The position numbers were made by a program, and so were the translations under genes. A stretch of DNA of 64,000 nucleotides from Syntrophales bacterium. Lineage in GTDB: Bacteria > Desulfobacterota > Syntrophia > Syntrophales > UBA2210. How positions within the stretch are numbered: position 1 is the stretch's first letter; each line of letters opens with the position of its first letter. Of this stretch, positions 20,717 to 29,841 are shown piece after piece. The notes beneath the pieces were generated by a model. It was not told where the DNA came from. It saw nothing but the letters and a program-made list of their open reading frames with translations, and searched no databases. The stretch is taken from the NCBI GenBank assembly GCA_963666365.2, contig CAXXNF010000002.1, positions 320,001 through 384,000 on the forward strand. The letters are read 5' to 3'.

Positions 20717-21433
20717 ATGAATCAAAAAAATAACATTAGGGCATTGAGCCGTCGCGGCTTTTTGAAAACATACAGCGTGATGGCCGGTGCCTTTTTCTTC
20801 GGAGGAAGCGCACTGTTTCCGGGAAAGGTACTGGCAGGCATTAAGGATGAAATATCGGGGCTGATTTACAGAAGACAGCGGCCGCTCCCCGAGTTCAGAT
20901 TCGGAGAGTGGGAAGAAGGAAAGAGGAGGATGCTTGTTGCCTATGCCAGTAAATATGAGTCTACCGCCGAGGTTTCAAAAGCCATAGGTGAAGAGTTGCA
21001 TACATCGGGCGCAGCCGTTGATGTAATTCCGATTGTGCGAATAAAGTCGCTGGACGGGTACGACGGAGTGATCGTCGGAAGCCCGATTTATTATGAACGA
21101 TGGCGCGAAGAGGCTATTGAATTTGTGCAAAGGCATCGCGAGGCGCTGCAATCGCGTCCGGTGGCCTACTTCATGCTCTGCATGACCATGCGAATTCCCT
21201 CTGAGGAGAATAAGGCGCAGGCGCGGGGGTATATCAATGAAGTGGTAAAGGGTATCCCGGAAATCACGCCCGTTGATATCGGTCTGTTTGCAGGGTACAT
21301 CGATCGCAGGAAGACAGTGTGGCTGCTCAGGAATTACCTCAGAACGCGTAAACTGCACACCGGTGATTACAGGGACTGGAATGCAATTCGTACCTGGGGA
21401 AGCGCACTGTATGCAAAACTCGCATTAAAATAA
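20717..21433 (+). CDS. Tat-exported flavodoxin-domain protein (HemG-like)
   Basis: SRRGFLK signal; LVAYASKYEST.EV, YDGVIVGSPIY, GDYRDWNAIRTW. Confidence 0.85.
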   Translation: MNQKNNIRALSRRGFLKTYSVMAGAFFFGGSALFPGKVLAGIKDEISGLIYRRQRPLPEFRFGEWEEGKRRMLVAYASKYESTAEVSKAIGEELHTSGAAVDVIPIVRIKSLDGYDGVIVGSPIYYERWREEAIEFVQRHREALQSRPVAYFMLCMTMRIPSEENKAQARGYINEVVKGIPEITPVDIGLFAGYIDRRKTVWLLRNYLRTRKLHTGDYRDWNAIRTWGSALYAKLALK

Positions 21434-21727
21434 GCTCACCTTACACAACATTTTCTTCAGCAAATTCCTGGCCGCATATTCAGGATAAAGCGCATATAAT
21501 TCCTGCCTGTAATCGGATATATGCACCGTAGACGCAGGAGTATCTCTCTGTGGCCTGTGTACACAAGATGATATCCGCCTTCTTTGCCAATCCAGTGGCG
21601 GTGCAGCTTGTGTTTCAAAATTTCAAGAGAAAAATGGCGGCGCAGAAAGGAACGCAGGAAAAGTGAAAGGGAAGGGGAAGCACGAAGATCAGGAGAATCT
21701 GAAAATTCGAAAAGAGGGAGGACGAGC

Positions 21728-23374
21728 ATGAAATCCCTGTCAGAAGAAGAGAAGCAGTTGTTCGGCGTCATTAACAAGGAAAGTGTCGATTTTCTTCGCA
21801 ACCGTTACAATCGCGTCAATCGATGGGTCATTGCAGACATGCTCCAGAGAAGCAGCTATCATTATCCGGATAAACCGGCGCTCATTTACCGCAACCACAC
21901 ACTTTCCTACCGCATGCTCGAAGCGGAATGCAACCGGGTCGCCAATGGTCTTATCGAACTGGGAGTGCGCAAATACGACCGTGTAGCCATACTTGCCCAC
22001 AACACCAGGCATCACGTGCTGACATGGTTCGGATGCTGCAAGATCGGCGCCGTATATCTCTCCATCAACTATCTTCTCAAGGGGCACGACATTGCCTACT
22101 GCATCAATCACTCTGAAAGCAAGGTGTTTATCGTTGAGGACGAACTCTATCCACTGGTCCGGGATGTGCTCGATGTCATGCCCTCGGTAAAGACGTTGAT
22201 CTGGTCCGATGAGGGGATAGCTGTTCCGCCTCCCGATCACCGTTTTCTGGAATTCGATGCCTGGTACTCGAAATATTCCGACAGTTCACCCGAAAGGACG
22301 CTCAATATCGAGGACCCCTGTCAGATGACCTACACCAGCGGCACAGAGGCGCTTCCGAAAGGCGTCGTTATAGGGAATCAGTCCCTTATGGCACAGTATA
22401 TGGGATGTATCGTGGACGGCGGCTATGCCACGGACGACATCAATGTGAACGCGCTTCCTCTTTACCACTGTGCGCAGCGCGACGTGTTGATGAACCCTGT
22501 GTTTTGGGTGGGGGGCACCAATATACTGATTCGGCCTGATATAGAAGAGATTCTGCACAACCTTTCCACCTACAAGGCAACAATGTTCTTTGCCCCCCCC
22601 ACGGTGTGGATCGGCATGCTGCGGCATCCCAACTTCGAGACTTATGATCTTTCTCGTCTTCGAAAGTGTTACTACGGCGCCTCGATCATGCCGGTGGCGA
22701 TTCTGCAGGAGATTATGGAGCGATTTCCGAAGGCAAAGATATACAACTACTACGGTCAGACGGAACTGGCGCCGTACCATACGATCCTCAAGGCGGATGA
22801 CGCACTTGCCAAGCTTGGGTCCGCGGGGATGGCGGGTATCAATATGGAGACGCGAATTGAAGATGACGAGGGAACCCCCATTGATGAGCCGGATGTGCCC
22901 GGCGAGATTTGCGGCAGAGGTCCCCATGCCATGCTCATGTACTTTAAAGAACCGGAAAAGACCGATGCCGTGATGAAGGGTGGCTGGTTTCATTCCGGCG
23001 ATATAGGGATTCTTGACAAGGATCGGTATATTGAAGTGGTGGACCGCAAGAAGGACATGATAAAGACGGGCGGGGAGAACGTGCCCTCAAGCGAGGTGGA
23101 AGAGGCAATTTACCGGGATCAGCGGATCCAGGAAGTGGCCGTAATTGGCATTCCCGATCCGAAGTGGGTTGAGGGGATTACCGCGGTGATTGTCTGCCGT
23201 AACGGTGCACAACTTACCGAACGCGATGTCATTCAGCACTGCCGCAACGAACTGGCGACCTTCAAGTGCCCGAAACACGTGCTCTTTGTCGAAGAACTGC
23301 CGAAAACGCCAAGCGGCAAGATCCTGAAACGGGATCTGCGGGAGATGTGCCAGAGCATACTTTTAGAAAAATAG
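21728..23374 (+). CDS. Fatty acyl-CoA synthetase (AMP-forming)
   Basis: YTSGTEALPKG, NYYGQTE, WFHSGD, DRKKDMIKTGGENV, LPKTPSGKILK; GGGAGG RBS. Confidence 0.95.
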   Translation: MKSLSEEEKQLFGVINKESVDFLRNRYNRVNRWVIADMLQRSSYHYPDKPALIYRNHTLSYRMLEAECNRVANGLIELGVRKYDRVAILAHNTRHHVLTWFGCCKIGAVYLSINYLLKGHDIAYCINHSESKVFIVEDELYPLVRDVLDVMPSVKTLIWSDEGIAVPPPDHRFLEFDAWYSKYSDSSPERTLNIEDPCQMTYTSGTEALPKGVVIGNQSLMAQYMGCIVDGGYATDDINVNALPLYHCAQRDVLMNPVFWVGGTNILIRPDIEEILHNLSTYKATMFFAPPTVWIGMLRHPNFETYDLSRLRKCYYGASIMPVAILQEIMERFPKAKIYNYYGQTELAPYHTILKADDALAKLGSAGMAGINMETRIEDDEGTPIDEPDVPGEICGRGPHAMLMYFKEPEKTDAVMKGGWFHSGDIGILDKDRYIEVVDRKKDMIKTGGENVPSSEVEEAIYRDQRIQEVAVIGIPDPKWVEGITAVIVCRNGAQLTERDVIQHCRNELATFKCPKHVLFVEELPKTPSGKILKRDLREMCQSILLEK

Positions 23375-23375
23375 G

Positions 23376-23469
23376 AATTAAGGGGACACGAATTAAGGGG
23401 ACAGTATACTTAATTGAACAATTAAGTATACTGTCCCCTTAATTTAATTAGTTCACTGTCCCCTTAATT
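23376..23469. repeat. Nested REP-like palindromic cluster (AATTAAGGGGACAGTATACTTAATT)
   Basis: Perfect 26-bp inverted repeat (23391-23416 / 23419-23444) plus partial copies on both sides, between convergent genes. Confidence 0.9.
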
Positions 23470-23944
23470 AGTTCAAGGCAGCAATTCGCATTTCGATGGC
23501 CTTTTTGTGGTTAACGGTTTCCGAAACAATTTCCTTCATCAGGGTCTGGTATTCCACATCATTCGTCTGTACAATCTCTCCGTAGGATTTCTCGACCAGG
23601 GATGCTTCAATATCTCGGGCCACGTTCAGCATTTTTTCGCGGGAGAACCGTCCTTCCTGCATGAGTTCCAGATGTCCTTTCAGTCCCTTTTTTATCGTTT
23701 TGAGGGCTGTTTGATTAAAAGGGCGTCCCACTTCAAAACGTTCAGGCTTGGCTGTGATAATCTTGATCATCTTTTTTATATGCGCCGCATGCTTTTCTTC
23801 TTCGGCAACCGTTTCAAGCCAGAATTCCCGATCCTCTTTCCAGGTATCGGCACAGGTTCTGTATAGCTCGGCAATGAGCAGTTCGATTTCGGCCATCGTG
23901 TGCATGATCTCGGTGAGAGTTTGTAACGCTACAGGTGGTATCAC
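23468..23944 (-). CDS. Ferritin/rubrerythrin-like di-iron domain protein
   Basis: E...AELY...FW....EEEKHA and IE...E..NH pattern. Confidence 0.7.
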   Translation of the reverse strand: MIPPVALQTLTEIMHTMAEIELLIAELYRTCADTWKEDREFWLETVAEEEKHAAHIKKMIKIITAKPERFEVGRPFNQTALKTIKKGLKGHLELMQEGRFSREKMLNVARDIEASLVEKSYGEIVQTNDVEYQTLMKEIVSETVNHKKAIEMRIAALN

Positions 23945-24063
23945 TATGCGATCCTCCTTATGTAAATATACATTTCCTATAGTATAGTGCCTTCACGGGT
24001 CTTTCCCGCCAGAATAATGCTTCACGATAGCAAACTCATCTAAAATAACAAGGATTAATTGAA

Positions 24064-24088
24064 AATTAAGGGGACAGTATACTTAATT
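24064..24088. repeat. Single REP-like unit AATTAAGGGGACAGTATACTTAATT
   Basis: Identical to the unit at 23391-23415; supplies the last codons and stop of the MBL-fold gene. Confidence 0.88.
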
Positions 24089-24938
24089 CCTGCGGTATCT
24101 TGTAAAGATGTTCCCGATCCGCCTCCAGAAACGTTCGCGTTGTGTGCTGATAATCGGCGGCGCAGATCACGCAATTCTGCGATTGTTTTTGTATGTCGGC
24201 AAGCCATTGTACACCCTCCCACGAGCGAAGCAGGTGATGATCGATAATCAGCGTGGGCGCTGCTTTTGCAAGTGTAAGGGCATTGTTCCATGCTGCATTC
24301 CGTGCCTTTGAGGAGAGTTTTTGCAGATAAAGCGGCGGCCCTGAAACAAAGATCACATCGGGGCGGTGATTGATGATCCATTGTATTGGATCCGGTTCTA
24401 TAAGTTGTATGTCCGATGCATGAACGAAGACGAGGCCATCGTCTTTTATGCGTGTCATCATTACTGTATTCGATTCGGAACCGTAGCATCCATGAGGCAT
24501 TGCCCCGGAAAATTCCATCTCGCCGTCCAGGCGCCCCTCTGCTGCTTCAATTGGTGCACCCACGGCCTTTTCAATGTTATCTGCCCGCGTCTGCATGGTC
24601 GGACTCGCGCGACGCGGGTTTATTCCCCAGATTCTTGTAGTTTCAAGAGATTCCGACAGGTGTGCAAGGGGAAGCTGGTAGGGATTGGGGTGTGCGAGCG
24701 GAATATGGTCGCCGTGGTAATGGCTGAAAACGATATCCGTCGCCCGCATGCAGGCATAGATGATGCGCTGGCGAAGTTCATTCCCCCGTCGTATCTGAAT
24801 GGGGTGAGGGGGCAAACCATGCCGCCACAGGCCAAGAGCGATTCCGGGATCGATTAAAATCCGACGATTCGACAATTCGACCATGGTGCACATGCTGCGA
24901 ACGCCCAGCGACTCGGTGGCAATGATTTCAATATTCAT
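24066..24938 (-). CDS. MBL-fold metallo-hydrolase (UPF0282-like)
   Basis: ESLGVRSM, ILIDPG.ALG, SHYHGDH, HASDIQ, IIDHHLLR. Confidence 0.85.
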   Translation of the reverse strand: MNIEIIATESLGVRSMCTMVELSNRRILIDPGIALGLWRHGLPPHPIQIRRGNELRQRIIYACMRATDIVFSHYHGDHIPLAHPNPYQLPLAHLSESLETTRIWGINPRRASPTMQTRADNIEKAVGAPIEAAEGRLDGEMEFSGAMPHGCYGSESNTVMMTRIKDDGLVFVHASDIQLIEPDPIQWIINHRPDVIFVSGPPLYLQKLSSKARNAAWNNALTLAKAAPTLIIDHHLLRSWEGVQWLADIQKQSQNCVICAADYQHTTRTFLEADREHLYKIPQELSILSP

Positions 24939-25166
24939 TACGGCCTCCGCAGGAATGAACACTTCTTTCTACTTCCTACGGGACCGCCAAGGGTAAATCA
25001 AGTAGCAATTTCACATTTTCCACCGTCAGCCGTATTAAAAATTTGATTTATTGTGAAAAATATATATAGTCGGACCTTACAACCTCCATAAAAAGCAGAT
25101 GATTTACCATCCTTCACCGTTTTGTGGGGAAGGGGGAGCTCGTCAATTCTTTGATCCGGGGGAAAG

Positions 25167-26501
25167 ATGGAATCTCAGGATAAAACGGAAAAAGAATTAA
25201 TCGAAGAGAATGAGGAATTGAAACGTCGGATTCGTGAACTGGAAGGGAATCTTGACCTTTCCGGGAACAGTGAACGGCAGGATATTCCCGCGCGATACCT
25301 CGGTTTAATGCTGGACAACGCCCAGGAAGCGATAGTGGTGCATCAGGATCAGATGCACAGGTATGTAAACAGGAAGGCCGCGGAGATTTATCGTTACACC
25401 GTCGACGAAATGAAGTCCAAGACGATCCGTGAGGTGATCCACCCGGACGATTATGAAAAGGTGATTGCGAATTATAAACGCAGGGTGAAGGGCGAGCAGG
25501 TCGAAAAGTACCGTTACCGGGGCATCGACAAATACGGCGGCGTCAAGTGGCTGGAAATAGTGGGCACGTCGATTATCTGGGAAGGACGACCGGGTTCGAT
25601 TGTCTTCGTCACCGACGTGACGGCGCAGGTGGAGGCGGAGGAGGAGATCAAGAGATCGGGGCGGATACTGAACGACATAATCAATTTTCTTCCCGACGCG
25701 ACCTACGCGACGGATTGCGACGGGAGGGTGATTGCCTGGAATCGGGAGATGGAGAAACTGTCGGGGATCAAAGCCGCCGACATGATCGGCAAGGGTGATT
25801 TCGAGTATTCCATGCCCTTTTACGGGGAACGGCGTCCCACACTGATAGACCTGATGAAACAGCCCGACAGTTCAGTGGAGCGCACCTATCCCTACTTTGC
25901 GCGTGAGGGGAGATTTTTATATGCGGAGAACTGTTTCACCATACGGGGAGAGCCCCGGTGGTTCTGGTTCAAGGTGAGCCGTATTTACGACCACAACAAC
26001 GAGGTCGTGGGGTTCATAGAGACGGTGCGTGAGGTGACGGGCATAAAGACCGCCGAGTCGGAGCTGAAGATGAAGTCGCGCAACCTTGAGGAGGCCAACA
26101 TTGCCCTGAAGGTGTTGTTGAAGCACAGGGAAGACGACAAGAGCGAGATAGAGGACGCCATTATCGACAACATCAAGCAGCTGATAGTCCCCTACATGGA
26201 GAAATTGAGGATGTCGGGATTGAACTCGCGTCAGAGCACCTATATGGAAATCCTGGAGACGCACATAGAGGAGATTGTTTCGCCCTTTTTGAATAAAATG
26301 ACCGGTCGTCATGCCAACCTTACCCCCCGGGAGGTTCAGATTGCCGGACTTGTGAAAGATGGGAAAACATCGAAGGAAATTGCCGAGATATTGGGTATTG
26401 CGGAGAACACCGTGACGAACTACCGGAAGCGCCTGCGAAAGAAATTTGCATTGAGAAGCAAGGACAAAAATCTGCGCACCCACCTTTTGTCCTTTCAATA
26501 A
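25167..26501 (+). CDS. PAS-PAS-LuxR HTH transcriptional regulator, copy 1
   Basis: IHPDD PAS, second PAS (LPDAT..D..GRVIAWN), LTPREVQIA.LVKDGKTSKEIAEILGIAENTV..YRKRLRKK. Confidence 0.93.
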   Translation: MESQDKTEKELIEENEELKRRIRELEGNLDLSGNSERQDIPARYLGLMLDNAQEAIVVHQDQMHRYVNRKAAEIYRYTVDEMKSKTIREVIHPDDYEKVIANYKRRVKGEQVEKYRYRGIDKYGGVKWLEIVGTSIIWEGRPGSIVFVTDVTAQVEAEEEIKRSGRILNDIINFLPDATYATDCDGRVIAWNREMEKLSGIKAADMIGKGDFEYSMPFYGERRPTLIDLMKQPDSSVERTYPYFAREGRFLYAENCFTIRGEPRWFWFKVSRIYDHNNEVVGFIETVREVTGIKTAESELKMKSRNLEEANIALKVLLKHREDDKSEIEDAIIDNIKQLIVPYMEKLRMSGLNSRQSTYMEILETHIEEIVSPFLNKMTGRHANLTPREVQIAGLVKDGKTSKEIAEILGIAENTVTNYRKRLRKKFALRSKDKNLRTHLLSFQ

Positions 26502-26600
26502 TGGTCAAATTGTATAGCCATTATTAGATCTAATTTTGAACCTTGTGCGATCCGATCGCTTATGTTTTGCTAGGGCAAAAGGCAAGAAGAAAGTAAGCGA

Positions 26601-28262
26601 ATGGATCCGAAATCCTGGCACAGGCACTACGACTATTGTGTCCCTCCCACAATTAATTATCCGCGCATCACAATTCCCGATCTGCTTCAGATCCCGGCCA
26701 ATGCCTATCCGGACAGACCGGCGCTCGTCTTTTCCGACAGAGAGATTACCTTCTGGGAACTTCGCCGGCTGGCATTGAGAATGGCGCACGCCCTGGGCGC
26801 CCTCGACATCACAAAGGGGGATCGTGTAGGCCTGCATCTTCCCACCTGTCCCCAGTATCTCATTGCCTATTATGCAGTGCTCTCGCTGGGGGCTATTGTG
26901 GTCAATCTCAATCCTCTCTATACGGTGGAAGAATTGAAGGGCACGGCCCATGCGACGGGCATGTCGTCGCTCATTACCTCGGATATGTCTCTGGGGACAG
27001 CGCGTCTGCTTGCGGAGGCCGCAGGAATAGAAAGGGTGATTATTTCCAGAGTCGATGATTTTGCCAAGGGCGGTTCCCGGTCCCCCGCCGCCTCACTCGA
27101 TCTGCCGCGGGGCTGGCACTCATTCATGGATGTTCTGGAGAGCGCCCGTGACACCAAAAAACCACGTGTTGCGCTGTCCCCCGATGATGTAGCGGTAATC
27201 CAGTTTACCGGCGGCACCACGGGTATTCCCAAGGGCGCCATGCTTACCCATCGAAACCTTATTGCCGGCGCATTACAGTATGCCCTCTGGATGACGCCCA
27301 TAACACAGCATATTTCGCAGGAACGGCGGTCGGTGTTGCTCGTACTTCCCCTGTATCACGTATACGGAAACCTGGTGATGAACTGGTCCATTTTCACCTG
27401 CACAATGCAGATTCTGGTTCCCCGGTTTCAGATAGACGAGCTGATGGAACTTATGGCGGGCTTTGATGAAATTACCTACTTTCCTACCGTTCCCACAGGG
27501 GTAAGCGCGTTGCTCAATCATCCGCGCATCGGTGAAATCAATCTTGGGAAAAAACTGACCTATCTGAACTCAGGCGGCGGTCCCACGGCATTGAATCTGA
27601 TAGAACAGATCGAGGATATGGGCCTTTACTATGGCCAGGGATGGGGTATGAGTGAAACAGCTGCTGTGGGGACTAATAACCCCGTCCTTGGCCCCAGGAA
27701 GGTAAACAGTATAGGAATTCCCTATCCCGACACTGACCTGAGGCTGGTGGATCTGGAAAACGGCGTCGACGACGTGCCGCGAGGAACGCCCGGTGAGATT
27801 ATTATTAAGGGCGCCACAGTGATGCGGGGATACTGGAACAATCCGGAAGGCACCGCTGAACAGATGAAGGATGGATGGCTTTCCACAGGCGACATCGCCA
27901 TCCAGGATGAGGATGATTTCCTCTACATTGTAGACCGTAAAAAGGACATGATCATCTCCGGTGGATTCAACATTTATCCGCGTGAGGTGGATGAGGTGCT
28001 CTTTCAGCATCCGAAGGTCGAACTGGCAGTTTCGGTGGGTATTCCCGACGAGTACCGTGGAGAGACATTAAAGGCATTCGTCGTGCTGAAGAAGGGCATG
28101 ACGGCCACGGAAAAAGACGTAATCGCCTTCTGCCGGGAAAAGCTGGCGCCCTATAAGGTGCCCCGGCTTGTAGAGTTTCGTCAATCACTGCCGCAATCGA
28201 CGGTGGGCAAAGTGCTCCGCAAAGAACTGCGAGCTGAAGAAGAAGCAAAACGAATGAAGTAA
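26601..28262 (+). CDS. Long-chain fatty acid-CoA ligase
   Basis: QFTGGTTGIPKGAMLTH, GWGMSET, WLSTGD, DRKKDMIISGGFNIYP. Confidence 0.95.
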   Translation: MDPKSWHRHYDYCVPPTINYPRITIPDLLQIPANAYPDRPALVFSDREITFWELRRLALRMAHALGALDITKGDRVGLHLPTCPQYLIAYYAVLSLGAIVVNLNPLYTVEELKGTAHATGMSSLITSDMSLGTARLLAEAAGIERVIISRVDDFAKGGSRSPAASLDLPRGWHSFMDVLESARDTKKPRVALSPDDVAVIQFTGGTTGIPKGAMLTHRNLIAGALQYALWMTPITQHISQERRSVLLVLPLYHVYGNLVMNWSIFTCTMQILVPRFQIDELMELMAGFDEITYFPTVPTGVSALLNHPRIGEINLGKKLTYLNSGGGPTALNLIEQIEDMGLYYGQGWGMSETAAVGTNNPVLGPRKVNSIGIPYPDTDLRLVDLENGVDDVPRGTPGEIIIKGATVMRGYWNNPEGTAEQMKDGWLSTGDIAIQDEDDFLYIVDRKKDMIISGGFNIYPREVDEVLFQHPKVELAVSVGIPDEYRGETLKAFVVLKKGMTATEKDVIAFCREKLAPYKVPRLVEFRQSLPQSTVGKVLRKELRAEEEAKRMK

Positions 28263-28414
28263 AAAAATATACACCTCCTTCTCCTACCAGTGTCCTGCCC
28301 GAGACTTTCCCTCTGCCAACAACGGGCAGGACACCCTTCCTAATATTATTTGCGAAGTAATGTAATGAATATGTATTCGATGATGGCTTCAGGCATGCTG
28401 AAGCCGGGGGAATC

Positions 28415-29749
28415 ATGGCAGCTCAAACAAAAACAAAAGAAGCACTGATCGAAGAAAATGAGGAATTGAAACGTCGGATTCGTGAACTGGAAGGGAATCT
28501 TGACCTTTCCGGGAACAGTGAACGGCAGGATATTCCCGCGCGATACCTCGGTTTAATGCTGGACAACGCCCAGGAAGCGATAGTGGTAAATCAGGATGAG
28601 ACCTACAAGTACGCAAACAAGAAAGCCGCTGAGATGCACCGTTGCACCGTCGAGGAGATGAAGTCGAAGCTTATCAGAGAGATGATCCACCCGGACGATT
28701 ATGCGACGGTGATTACGAATTACGAACGCAGGGTGAAGGGCGAGCAGGTTGAAAAGTATCGCTACCGGGCCATCGACAAATACGGCGGCGTCAAGTGGCT
28801 GGAAATAGTGGGCACGTCGATTATCTGGGAAGGACGACCGGGTTCGATTGTCTTCGTCACTGACGTGACGGCGCAGGTGGAGGCGGAGGAGGAGATCAAG
28901 AGATCGGGGCGGATACTGAACGACATAATCAATTTTCTTCCCGACGCGACCTACGCGACGGATTGCGACGGGAGGGTGATTGCCTGGAATCGGGAGATGG
29001 AGAAACTGTCGGGGATCAAAGCCGCCGACATGATCGGCAAGGGTGATTTCGAGTATTCCATGCCCTTTTACGGGGAACGGCGTCCCACACTGATAGACCT
29101 GATGAAACAGCCCGACAGTTCAGTGGAGCGCACCTATCCCTACTTTGCGCGTGAGGGGAGATTTTTATATGCGGAGAACTGTTTCACCATACGGGGAGAG
29201 CCCCGGTGGTTCTGGTTCAAGGTGAGCCGTATTTACGACCACAACAACGAGGTCGTGGGGTTCATAGAGACGGTGCGTGAGGTGACGGGCATAAAGACCG
29301 CCGAGTCGGAGCTGAAGATGAAGTCGCGCAACCTTGAGGAGGCCAACATTGCCCTGAAGGTGTTGTTGAAGCACAGGGAAGACGACAAGAGCGAGATAGA
29401 GGACGCCATTATCGACAACATCAAGCAACTGATAGTTCCCTACATGGAGAAATTGAGGATGTCGGGATTGAACTCGCGTCAGAGCACCTATATGGAAATC
29501 CTGGAGACGCACATAGAGGAGATTGTTTCGCCCTTTTTGAATAAAATGACCGGTCGTCATGCCAACCTTACCCCCCGGGAGGTTCAGATTGCCGGACTTG
29601 TGAAAGATGGGAAAACATCGAAGGAAATTGCCGAGATATTGGGTATTGCGGAGAACACCGTGACGAACTACCGGAAGCGCCTGCGAAAGAAATTTGCATT
29701 GAGAAGCAAGGACAAAAATCTGCGCACCCATCTTTTGTCCTTTCAATAA
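28415..29749 (+). CDS. PAS-PAS-LuxR HTH transcriptional regulator, copy 2
   Basis: Near-identical to 25167-26501 at an offset of 3248 bp. Confidence 0.93.
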   Translation: MAAQTKTKEALIEENEELKRRIRELEGNLDLSGNSERQDIPARYLGLMLDNAQEAIVVNQDETYKYANKKAAEMHRCTVEEMKSKLIREMIHPDDYATVITNYERRVKGEQVEKYRYRAIDKYGGVKWLEIVGTSIIWEGRPGSIVFVTDVTAQVEAEEEIKRSGRILNDIINFLPDATYATDCDGRVIAWNREMEKLSGIKAADMIGKGDFEYSMPFYGERRPTLIDLMKQPDSSVERTYPYFAREGRFLYAENCFTIRGEPRWFWFKVSRIYDHNNEVVGFIETVREVTGIKTAESELKMKSRNLEEANIALKVLLKHREDDKSEIEDAIIDNIKQLIVPYMEKLRMSGLNSRQSTYMEILETHIEEIVSPFLNKMTGRHANLTPREVQIAGLVKDGKTSKEIAEILGIAENTVTNYRKRLRKKFALRSKDKNLRTHLLSFQ

Positions 29750-29841
29750 TGGTCAAATTGTATAGCCATTATTAGATCTAATTTTGAACCTTGTTTCATC
29801 CGTTCACTTATGATTCTCTAAAACAAAAAGGAGGGCAGCAA

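Noticed and set aside
23376..23469. Possible CRISPR array
   Set aside because: Units are inverted and nested, with no unique spacers of regular length and no cas genes.
25167..29749. Diversity-generating retroelement template/variable repeat pair
   Set aside because: Differences are not adenine-specific, both copies are full genes, and no reverse transcriptase is present.
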